Shown: piece by piece, positions 34,798 to 46,373 of the stretch
Numbering within the stretch: the stretch's first letter is position 1
Layout: each line of letters begins with the position of its first letter
NCBI GenBank assembly: GCA_000708835.1
Contig: DF237556.1
Location: 1-52,022, forward strand
Length of the DNA stretch: 52,022 nucleotides
Reading direction: 5' to 3'
Origin: Klebsormidium nitens
Taxonomy: Eukaryota > Plantae > Klebsormidiophyceae
Made by a program: the position numbers and the translations under genes
Notes under the pieces: model-generated
Seen by the model: the letters and a program-made list of their open reading frames with translations, nothing else
Databases searched by the model: none
What the model was told of the DNA's origin: nothing

Positions 34798-37700
34798 ATG
34801 GCAGAGAGGTTTTCTATGATTCGTCTTCAAAGTAGAACAACTTCTTGTCGAAGGTTCGGGGTGCGCATCCTCCTTACCACTCTTGTCACTGTTCTATGCA
34901 CTGACGTGTGTCTCACGTCCTCAAAAGTTAGTTGTCGGGCATGCCTGGATTGGTGTTCGTAAGCTGGTGCCAATTGTGTTAGCCAAGAGGTGGACTTTTG
35001 GCCAAGCGAGCATAGAGCATTCTGTAACTGAAAAAGTTGTGTGTTCGTAGCTTGAGCAGCATACGGCCACTTTCCGTTATCTTGACATGTGCCCTTTTAC
35101 CTGTCGACGATGCTGTCGGCAAACTCAATGTGAACGTGGACTTGACAAGAGTTTATCAAGGCTAGAGGCTCTCTTTTCAAGATTAGAACTTGACTCAAGG
35201 AGGGTTCTCTCAGTACAAAAACACTTCTGTCGCAGAGCCTCTCTACAGTCCATTTTTACGTTCACATGGTGATACTACCACAATTACGGCCCTTCGTGCA
35301 TGAGCCAAGTTTCATATTACGAAAAGCATTTGGGAGGACAGGTGCGAAACAAAAGAGTCTTCTGAATCGTATCCTTGCAGTGCGTGGCTCCTCTGGCAAG
35401 CGCCAACCTTGGAATTCTGCACTCAATTCCTGAGGGCCATGTGGGCGTGTACTGGAGGGGTGGGGCCCTGCTGCCTACAATCAGCGAGCCAGGTGAGCAT
35501 AGCAGCCTATAGTTTCTTAATCGTTGTCCATGGAAAGTTATTCGCTCAAGTATGTGAGGTCTCTTGTCACACCCTGAGCTGCCTTCTGAACCTTTTTGAG
35601 TAGGTCAGCTCTGCTCCAGTAAATCTGGCATCTTTCTTGCTTATATGGCTGCGTGTAAGCACAGTTCTGCGCAAGTCCCCTGTTCAACCGAATCCGCAGA
35701 AGATTCATTGGCCAATATGCTGTTCACCAGCTGTCTAGCGCTTTCTGGTTGTAACGGGAAGCGAAGATTTGTTAAAAGTATGATGTATTGAACCTTCTGC
35801 CATTGGAGTGGTCGTACCAACTGCCTTCTAAGCCCTTCTCAGGACCTGGTGTTATCGTCCAAAACACCGGGCACTGCGGGGGTTCTGACCTGCGTTCATG
35901 AGACAGTCAAACGTCCTTGAACATGCCCCGGTGTAGCTTACATATACTCAATTCATCATAAGTAGTCTTTGGCCAAAGAAACTATGGCTGACATGCCTTG
36001 TCATCATCTTCTATGGTGGGTGTCTTCCTGAGGCCAAGTTACGCTGAGCCGGAAAGCAATGACAGAATGGCCCTTTGCTGTAAATGCTGATTGAGTAGTT
36101 GCTGCGCACTTGCTTTTGCGAACGCATGTCTTCTGGTCGTTCTGATGCTTTGCTGCCCACCTAGTATTTGACAGATACTCCTCTTATGCCCGTGCTTTTG
36201 GGCGCGGTTGCTTGCCGCAGCTGGAAACAACTTTTTCTGGCCTGTAAGTGAGCCCCTTTTTGATTGTCGCGTCCCTTCTGGGATGCTAAGAACCCCGGAG
36301 ATATTTTGATGTTGCCCATGTGGCTTGCCATCCCTCTAAACGTTGGCAATCTTTTGCCGAAGTTGGTTGCAGAGTTTTGTGCTTCGATACAGAGGCTCTT
36401 GTGTGACTGTGGCAAGGATTGCACCAGGTAATGTGCCAAGTCATTGAGCTGTTTGTCTATGATGAGGCCACTTGGAAGCCGTGGGATTGAAGTGAAGGCC
36501 ATCTTGCTGGGTGGTGCATGTTGGTCCAGGCATGCTCGCAGCATCGTTGCATCTTTGACGTTCTTTCCCTGCTTGAATCGTCTTCGTTTCGAACCATTTA
36601 CTTTCCAAGCGAATCGCACTTCATGCTGCATAGCTCGTGTGAGGGGGGCTGCTTTAGGGTGGTAGCTCAATGGAAGCTTTTGGCGGTGACGGCACGTTCC
36701 GACCACGGGTTGAAATTTAGTCGGATTCATCCAGCATCGATCTTGCTGCCAAACGGTTTACTAACCAGGATTTTAAGATACCTGAGGCACCTGTTGCTTG
36801 TGAAGACACGAAGCAGCGCGCGTTTCTTCAAATCATTGAGAAGATACAAGGCCCTTTTTGCGGTACCACACCATCTTTTGAGGGCGATTGGTTAGAAAAT
36901 TGCAGAGGAAGCCCCTTCGACGTTGCGAGGGTTCTGAACTGATGAGCTCTGTTTTAAAAGCCAGATGCCCACGGTCTCGGATTGATGAGCAGAAACACAC
37001 GTCTTCTTTCGACGTGCAAAGCAGCGACTCGCCATTGTCCTTCGCTGAAGCGTTGGCTCACTCGTTGGGCACCCCCTCCATACAGCCCACTGTATCGAGG
37101 AAAATATAAGAGGTTTTCTAATGTTTGTTGCCCTGGTTACTTGCGTGACTCTGTCGAGCGGCGAGGACGATTCGCTTCTGGCTTGTATGGCCACCCGAAC
37201 TTCCACTTTTTCTCCAATGCCACTCTACGATTTTGATACCTGTTGCAATTAACACTCATCTTTAGATCAAAATTTTCATGCTGTTGTTTGCACCTCATGG
37301 CAGCGGCCTAGAAGCATCCTGGCTGTGTGACTGCTGAATCTTCGGCAGACTGGGCACCTCCCGTTCAGGCTTTCTGGATAGCTGGCAAGTTGACCCGTTT
37401 CGCTTCTCACCAATGAAACATCGTAAAGTTGTCTATGTGCGACTCTGGGAGCATCCGATGGTCAAGCTTCTTTGCTTTCTCCTGACGAGCCCAATTTACT
37501 TGCTCCTCCACTTGGCCTAGGTCTACAAAAGATATCGAATTGGGAATATACAAGTGAGGTCTTGGCAACCGAGATAAAGTCAGGTTGCGACACTTTTTGA
37601 GTCTTACAAAACGTTCATAGGCCACCAAGGAAATACCTCCGCGTTTTCTGTAGTGCCGCTAATCTGATGTCGTGACCTTAGTGCAGTCTATCAGGTCCAG

Positions 37701-40700
37701 CTAGCTCCGAAGTTGAATCGAGACAGGAAGAGAGCTGACAAGCCTTTCTCAACAGTAGAATGAGGTCAGTGCTGTCAATCTTGTCGCGGCGACGCTCGAG
37801 CGCCAACATGTGGTTTACCGTCGCTGCGTGCTGACTCAGCTGTTACGCCCCCTTTAAGCGGACGTGCCCTTTCCAATTTTCCATTGTCACGTGTCACGGG
37901 GCAGCACGTTCAGAAGAACCCGAGGAACTCGTCTTTTCAAAAGCACTTTGCTGATTGCAAGCCGAAGTCTTTGCACTTCTTTTTTCAGTACGAGCTCAGG
38001 GTCTGAGTGACTAAGCTGCCGACTGTCTACGTCAACAACGTTTTGCACCAACAGCTGTAAACTCCAGTGGCGTTGATGACGAAGGGTTTGGCCACAGTCT
38101 CGAGCGTAGTCAGTTAGGGGCTGCTGTTGCTTATGCCATCTGTTCATCCGACACATTTTAGTTTGTTTATTTGGAGGTAGACCTCAAGAATCTTTTTTTG
38201 AGAACGGCCTTGGCCTTCGCTCTTTCCGGAGTGCATTCTGATACCTGCGCTTATGATCTGCTCTTTAACGACGACGTGGAAATCGGCCCCATCAAAGCGC
38301 CTCTCTCAGCACATCTTCGGCTCTTTTCCCGAACAAGACCGCTCGATAATGTTGGACTCTCTCATATCCCAGCCTGTTATTCAGTAGGATCTTTGATCGC
38401 AAAGAGGTCTACATTAAGGAGCTCCGTCACGGACCCCTTCTACATACATCTCTACACCCCTGCCACAGAACAGGGGCCACATCGGCGCTATAAGTCTTCA
38501 TTGCTTTCTTAAGCTACCAGACCCGGTTGTAATATCCCACGTGTCACGGAACTCCTTGATGTTCAAACCTCCTCTTCTTAGGTTGGAGTTGGCGCCATGT
38601 CCCAGGAAACTTCCTTTCAAGTGGTGCTCGTTTCTCTGCTAGTATACTTTGACGGCGAGGACGAGTCCTTTTGCTGGCTCTTCGGTGCCAGCTCGATTCT
38701 GAAATGTCTCCTTCCGGAAGCCGTCAAAGTATCCCGGTGAATGCCGGAAGAGAATCCCCGGAGTTTGGCAGCTTTGTGCGCTTTCTGGATTGTGGTTGAA
38801 TTCGCTCATCTGGCTGGTCTTGCCTGCTGACGCATGCTACTCTCTGGTAGGCCTCGGGTCTCGCGCCGTTTCGAACCAGCGGTAATCTCGTACGGTAGAG
38901 TGCAGATTTGAGATCAATCACTGCTTTCGGTGCCTTGCCGAGGACTGACGCCGTCAGTAACAAAACGGGGCGTCCGAAACGAAACTCGTGCCTCAAAACA
39001 CCGATTTTCGGATGTGGTTGGACGCTAGGCAACCCATGATCAAGCGAAATCTTTATTGATGGGTTTGAAGGCGTTGCCCTTCAAGCCACCAGGTGAAGGT
39101 GTGCTCGAACGGATCTTTTTGGTGTCAGTGTTATGGCATAACTGTGTCGAGTTATGGGCTCCTTATCATCTATTCACCATCGTGACGTTAAGCGCTTGCC
39201 GTCAAAGCAAGGAGACAGTATCTTTCTCTGTTCCGTTCTCTGCTCGTGCTTTTTACCAGAGTAGCATCAAGCTTACTTGACTGCATCACCGCCATCTGTT
39301 GAGCACGATCATGCTGCCTCTACTGAATTCATGATGTTCACGAAGCTTTCTCTCTCGCTCCGTGGTCTGACGTCCTTTTGGAACGTTAATGCTGTGAGAG
39401 CCAGCGCTCTTACTCAGGTCCAAGCCTAGTTACTGTTGCAACGACTCCTGCAATTTGCTCCCTATCGTGTCTTGCTCAGCGCAAAGTGCAGTGCTTTCTT
39501 CTGCACCGAAGTTGCAAGAAGGCATGGACGACTGCTGTTCTCCGGTCTGCACGATTGTCTTTCAGGAAATGCCAAGGACACGACTTCCCAGTTATTTCTC
39601 AATCGCTGAATGCTTTTTTGCACGCAACAGTTCTCCGAAGACGAAGCAGCGCTTTTTGACTCCCAACTCTGAAAGGCGGTTCTGTCGTATACCGGTGCAC
39701 ATACCTGCTTGCTCTTGCGCATCCTTGTTCAAGAGTTGCTTGTACATGTGCGTTTTTAAATCCCTGGTTCTGATCGGATGTGTGCGTTGAGCAAAGGGGG
39801 ACAACGCTTGAAATGATCCGGCCTTCTGGTTACGGAGTTTCGTTTTTCAGCAAATCTTATTCAGTCTGCCCCATGGTTCCTTGCTCACGTTTTGTGGTGA
39901 ACGCCGCGGGTCTGTTTCCTTTTCTGTTATGGCCAAAGTAGAGCCGGGCACTTGCCGCACTTGCAAGACTGCGGAAGCCAGGAAGTTTTGAGGCTAGCAT
40001 TGTTGTCAGCTCGTTACGGCGAGTATGAAGACTCCGAAGCTGACGCCAAATGTGCTCTCCTTCGTAGCTATCCTTTCCGGTATCTATATTGCTTTGCTTT
40101 TCAGTTCCGCTCGGTGATTGACCGTCACTGGAAGCTGACTATTGACTAATATGTCTGCCCAGCTTCGAAGATTAGTTCGTCCCAATTCCCGCAAACAAAG
40201 GTAGCTTTGCAAACTCCCGCCACTCTGTGATGGCAGGGATGGTTCCTCGGATAACAACTGCTGCCACTCCGGAAGATGAAACGAAGCCATACGGTGCCTT
40301 TTCGTCTCGCGGGTTACCGTTTTTCACGTCACTTCTTTCGGAGCGTGTCCGGCTCAATCTCGTCATTCCCTCATCAAGGCCTGTCTTCAATCCAAGCCAA
40401 GGCATTCTTTGGAGATTGGTCTTACTGGACTGCTTCGAAATCTGTCTTTTTGGCCATATTCAGGGTGGCAGTCGGTTGATCCAAGTCTGCTGTCCACCAA
40501 TCTGCTGCTTTAATGGGTCACAAGCAAGCGAACAGAAATAGAGTACGGTGCTTCGCCGGCGGCAGTGCATCACCAAAGCTGCAGTTCGGCAATATGCCCC
40601 TCCCAGCGAAACTCATTGCTTGATAGCCATCCGCTGGGATTCGTCTCCACTTTTGATGTGTCGCTTTCTGACGCTGTTCAGGGTATCACATGAAGATCCC

Positions 40701-43700
40701 GTTCCTGACCACGTACGAGCCGGTCCAAGTGACGCTCCAAACGGACGAGGTGACCAACATCCCGTGCGGCACGAAAGGCGGGGTCATGATCTACTTCGAG
40801 AAAGTGGAGGTACGGGCATCTTGCTACGCAGTACATAATCCGGGTTTGTTACAAATTCACTGCGCGTGTACTGATTCTTAACGACTTTGACGGCGCTCCA
40901 TAAGGTCGAAGGTGACTTTTAACAATTCAGCTTGTCCGGTCCCGGGCCATATGCTCGTTGCTGAGGAAAGCCTGCCGGCTCCGGATTTTCGTGTACATCT
41001 CCTGTCGACGTGAGTCCTTACGTCGGACGGACACTTTAAAGGATTTTTGATCGGTGATTTTCCTTCTCATGCGACATAGCGCATAAACCTAGAGATTGAT
41101 TTTAACAGGAGGACTTAGATCCATGTGGAGACCGTCAGTACAGAGCCAGGTATCGTTATCGGCGAACTGATCTTGTTCTCTTTGGTGTAAACCACCGTCT
41201 GGCTCAAATGCCGATCGCCGGTTCTCCGTTGCAGGGTAATGATGCAGTTACATAAGGCGCACGTGCTCAACACACACCGGCAAACAGCATCTAGTCCAAC
41301 AAGAAGTGGGCTGACAAGGATCTCCGCCGTTTTAACCTTGCCGGACGATGAAGCTTTTATTCGGACGATTCGTTCTGATAAGTCGCGTACAAGCTAAGTA
41401 AGGCACACGTGCACGAAATTACCAAGGAGTAACGCCAAAACATGGATCCCCATGGATCACTTTCGACACAGATTGTTCTGTTCCGAAGACAGGTTCCCTG
41501 ATCTGGACGCTTCTTTTCCGGGTGTGGTGAGCAAGCTGCACAAGGAGCACGTCCCGAGACCAGTCAAGGGAACGGCATTCTCAACAACTCAACAAACTAC
41601 ATCAAGACTTGGATCAACAGCGATTTCCCCACTTCCGTCGGACGCTAGAACTCTTGACCGGGACGCAGAAATTTTCGATTCGGACGTTTCTTTTCTTAGG
41701 TGGTGAGCAAGCTGAACAAGGCACACATGCACGAGACGATTAAGGAGTCCGGCATCCAGTACCACGAGATCCGGACTGACGTCCGCATTTATCACTCTTA
41801 AAGTCAATCAAACGCATACATTCGGACGCAGACTTTTTGATTTGGACGCTTCTAGTCTGCAGGTGGTGAACAAGCTGAACAAGGCACGAGCTGCGTGCAC
41901 GAGATTATCAGGGAGTACGGCATCACAGTATGACAGTATTTGAATCTACGACAGTATTCCTCACACCAAATTGTTGGGCTCAGAATCTTGATCCGGAGGC
42001 AAAGTACCTGCTTCGGACGCTTCTTTTCTGCAGGTGCTGAACGTGGCGGCCGTTGCACGAGGCGATGTAAAAGAAGACGGCTTTTAGTCCGGCAAGACGG
42101 GGATGATCACCCAAACTTTCACTTGACGCGTTTGCTTCTCTCTTTCAGACGCGTAAGAATACTTTCCTGCAGGTGGTGAACAAGCTGAACAAGGCGTTCG
42201 TGCACGCGACGATCAAGGAATACGGCATTCAGTACGACAAGACGTGGATCTACGACAAGATCCACCACGAGATCAACCAGTTCTGCAGCGCGCACTCGCT
42301 GCAAGAGGTGTACATCGACCTCTTTGACCAGATTGACGAGATCCTCAAGGAGCTTATACAGGTAGGGTGATTGGTCTTTCTTAACGTTGATAGAGCTTCT
42401 CCTTAAGTTGGAAGCGTAGGCGCGGCGATGCCGAGTTGTGCAGCTTCTTGGCGAGGTTGTTTTGAAAACAACAATAGAGACCGTGGCAGGCGTATTTTGA
42501 CTGCCAGCGCTTGAAAGCTTATTCAGGATCAAGCGATTGGGGTTACTGGAGCTAGGTTCGTCTCCCTTGTGGCTAATCTCGCAGTCAGGAGCTTGGTTTC
42601 AAGTTAACTACACATTGTTTACAACCGGGACAAGTCAAGCTTCAGAATTGGGATGCAAAAGCCTTGGAGAAGGCAAAGTACCGACTGCTCCTTTGACGTG
42701 GGGTGCTGCCACTGTAATTGAGTGCTTCAGCTCGGTTTTCATTTCGGCGAGGTACACGTTGCATCCCTCCTGCTACATTCTGAACAGTTCCAACGCTCGT
42801 CCCTTACTTCCAGCAAGGCACTTGATGATTCCAGTAGTCTCGATTTTATGTTGGAGTTACGGCTATGTTGAGTTAGGTCATGCCCGGGGGACGGGTGGGG
42901 TTGGTTTGGGGGTTTAGAGTGGGTACGGGTGCGGAGCATGTTAATTTTGGGTTTAGGGTGTTAGTTTGTTGGAGCCCGGGGACTTTATCTAACTCAACAT
43001 ACACCTAAGTCAACATAAAATCGAGACTTATGATGATTCCCCTGAAGAGGTTGACTGCATTTCGGTACACCGCTCATGGCATGCACTTGTGTTATGGTGA
43101 TTGCGTTCAGGAGCTTAAGAAAAATCTGCTGTTTGATTCTTACGAAATGACGTCGCAATGCGCCAGGTAGCAGAATATTTGGCAACGTCGCGCCGTGTCC
43201 GAGCTTTTTGTCGTTGATTGCACGTGCTTGCGAGGCAAAAAAATTATTGTCATCATGCAGAGAGATTGCACGCGCTACGTGCCCGGGTTGGAGATCATCG
43301 GCACCCGCGTGACGAAGCCCAGCATTCCGACGTCCATCGTGCAGAGTTGCGGAATGGCCTGCTTCATTTCTCTACCGGAATGTCAGTAAAGTCGTATCAT
43401 CCCTGCAGAGAGACTGCACGCGCTACGTGCCCGGGCTGGAGATCATTGGCATCCGCGTGACGAAGCCTAGCATTCCGACGTCCATTGCGCGCAACTACGA
43501 GGCGATGGAGGAGCAGCGGACGCAGGCGCTCATCGCGGCGGAGCGGCAGAAGGTGGTCGAACGAGAAGCGGAGACGGACCGTCGTAAAGCGGTGAGTAAC
43601 TTGAGCTGGCTTTGAGCTCGTGACACCTGGCTCTCAATCTCGTTTGTTGGATGATGTGGGGAGGGCTACGTCTGCAGGATCCACGTTAGAGTGCTTGGGC

Positions 43701-45850
43701 AGCTTAAGAGTCTGTTCTCGTGTACACTTCTGAAAAGTTCACGGCCGAGGTCATGTTTGGACTTTTGCTGAGATTTGGTCGAAGGCGTTTTATAGTTGCG
43801 GAGTCCAGTGTCTTCTCGCTGTTTTTGAACCGGTCTGTGATTCCGGCTTAAGGCGGCGCTCCGTGCCGGGTTTGATTGATGCGCCCCATTGGACGGCTGC
43901 GGCTTCAATATTACTCCCAAGATTCTGCGATTTTCTTTGCAGGGCGGAACATAGGACGCCTCTAGTTGCTGAACTGACTGGAGCTGCCGTTCAAACCTTC
44001 TTTTTGGTTTTACCCGGCTTTCTGTCATGTCTTGCCTGCAGTCGCCCATAAAACATTCTGGTCCTGATTTTGCGGAGAACTTACAGTCCAATGTCGACAC
44101 TTTTTTTCTGAAGTGGACACTATTTCTCTTTCAGACAGGTGGTAGTCCGCTCATGTCCGCGGAACAGCCTCCAACGCTACACTTAACAAGCCTCTACCCG
44201 ATTATGTCAAGGATTCGAAAACAGTCGTTTGCGTGTCTCCCTTTCTGAACAACCGTTTGTTTCCTTGGCAGGTGATGGAAGCCGAGAAGGTCGCTCAGAC
44301 GAGCCGCATCTACCAGGAGCAAAAGCTCGCGGAAAAGGAGTCGAACCGGCAACAGGAGCACATCGAGAACGAGATCTACCTCGCCAAGCAGAAGAGTCTA
44401 GTTGATGCGGAGGTCTATCGGTGAGCGAGCTTTCTGCTCGGATTGCGCCGAGGTGCTTGTCGGTGCTGATAGCTTGATGCGTGTGAGCATGTTTGGTTAA
44501 GCGTAAGCAATTATCGCTCTGCCGTTGCTTCGCACAGAAGAAGATAGGTCTTGGGCGCGCGTGTTGTAAAGGCTCGGAGATGTGGACGGTAGTATTGTAC
44601 GAGGCTTCAGAACAAGTTGAAAGTTCCTGATCGGATTCTGTGAATCACAGTTATTGTCACGTCGCCCTAATGGGAACGAGAAGGTGGCCAGACTGCGATG
44701 ACTTGCCTGGATAGCGACAAAGTTTTGCGCTCTTGTCGAATCAACGGGCTTCGATCGCAGTCAGTGCGTCTATTATGGGCACACTTTCTCGTGTTGGGCG
44801 TCCTAGTGGTGCGATAGTTTGCGCTTGCAAAGTCGGACACTTCGTGTTCAGTCAATCGAAAAGGGTTTTTCAGCTTACGTCAAGTCAGTTCGATTTATCC
44901 AGCTTTGGGAAACGTAGCAAACGTTCGGTGATCGCACACGTATAATCAATCTTTTCGTTCTCCCAGGTTAACGAAGGAGGCAGAGGCGAACAAGTTGAAG
45001 CTGACCGCCGAGTTTCTTGAGTTGGAGTTCATCCGAGCGATTGCCAACAACACCAAGATGTTCTTTGGAGACAAGGTGAGGCGGTGCTTTAAATTGGAGA
45101 CAACGTGGTCTGGACGAATCTGCAAAGTTGAGTTTCCGAAGATCAAGTTTCCTAGGGGTAATGAGATATGTGGGATTTGAGGGTATCACATCTTCATACT
45201 TCAGCTAGAACGCTGAGGGCCATCGCCAACAGTCTTTGTACGGGTTTTGCATTGAAGCAGATCAAGCTGACTGTCCAACTAGTTCAGCAGTAGTTGAAGA
45301 AATCGATTCTAGTCCTGCTCAGATATTGCTCACCCTGAAAGTCCCGGGCATCAAGCCACCTCAACCTGGGTGCACCTTTCCAAAATTCTAAGTACCTTCC
45401 AACCAATGAACGCCGTCTATGGAACAAGTCAATAGACGGCGTCAGTGAATATATCCTTTCGTTGCAAGGTCGCCGTCCGAAAAATGTATGTTTTGGAGTG
45501 TCTTAGTCTTTCCCGACTCGGTGCGGATCTGCCCAGCGCAAATTATGCTCCCGGAAGTTCCTGTTGAATTGTCCTTGCCAAATAGGTCCTCCTTTCGTTT
45601 CTGATTTCTTGTTGTGCACGTTTCTCTCACAGGCGTTACTTTCATGAAGAAACCCCCCAACATGTGAATCCTTAAAGGCAGGACTCTGATTCCAGCTCTC
45701 TCCACTAAAACGCCCCCATCACTTACGTCTGGTGATAGTTAGATGGTTCTTTTCCAACCGCTGTCGCATTCCGCTTCCGTGCAGATTCCGGCCATGGTGC
45801 TGGACCAGCGGCTACTCGGAAGCTCTTTCAGGAACAAGCTGAACCAATAG
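34798..45850 (+). CDS. ERLIN: Erlin-like SPFH/band-7 ER membrane protein, 8 exons, 347 aa
   Basis: Exons 34798-34905, 35381-35492, 40682-40809, 42173-42361, 43409-43591, 44272-44420, 44967-45075, 45785-45850 (1044 nt, phases consistent). Erlin motifs: [98 protein letters not shown]. Exon 1 is the least certain. Confidence 0.92.
41231..42172 (+). repeat. Array of about 6 decayed copies of the Erlin exon 4 acceptor plus 5' end
   Basis: Units (TTCGGACGCTTC..TT..CAG)|GTGGTGA(A/G)CAAGCTGAACAAGGC... at about 41231, 41385, 41520, 41697, 41857 and 42028; period about 150-175 bp. Confidence 0.85.
42833..43031 (+). mobile_element. G-rich-core MITE, copy C (in Erlin intron 4)
   Basis: TSD (T)GATGATTCC at 42823-42832 and 43031-43040; arms AGTCTCGATTTTATGTTG..TATGTTGAGTTAG / CTAACTCAACATA..CAACATAAAATCGAGACT; core homologous to copies A and B. 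Confidence 0.85.
43250..43345 (+). repeat. Young duplicate of the Erlin exon 5 acceptor plus first 26 codons
   Basis: GCAG|AGAGATTGCACGCGCTACGTGCCCGGG...TCCATCG differs from 43409 onward at 6 of 79 nt. Confidence 0.9.
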
Positions 45851-46373
45851 GAAGGCAAGCGGTTAGATGGTGAGAGCTTTGGTCTTAGATGGAGCATGAT
45901 CATTGACGAACCATCCCGTCACCCAGAGCTTTTCTTTGTCGTTTAATCAAATTGAGGCCTGCTAAGTTGATCAGACCTCCCGGTGTCCGAGGCTGGATAA
46001 CACATTAAGCGGCACTGTAAGTCGAAATACGGTCCGCTGACATGATATGTGTTTGTGCAGCTCATAAAAAGATCACATGAATATCATTTGCAATCCCATC
46101 ATCGCATATACCCATAGGAAGCGCGGCCGCTGATACAGAAGGCTGGTCATGAGGGTTCTGCAGTTTCTTTTTCGACGACGTACACATGTGCAGAGCTCCG
46201 GATCAATCTAGATCATATTGAATCAATCAACTCGTATCGACCCGCGTGACTGAATGATCCAAATCATTTGGCCCTATCATGAGTTGATATCTCACAGTAC
46301 ATGATGTCGGAGTGTCATATATGTCTTAATTGCGCGCATCGATCGGAGACAGTATAGTTGCACGGGTCTTGAT

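Noticed and set aside
41231-42172. CRISPR-like repeat array
   Set aside because: Eukaryotic intron; the units are degenerate copies of the adjacent exon boundary, not identical repeats with unique spacers.
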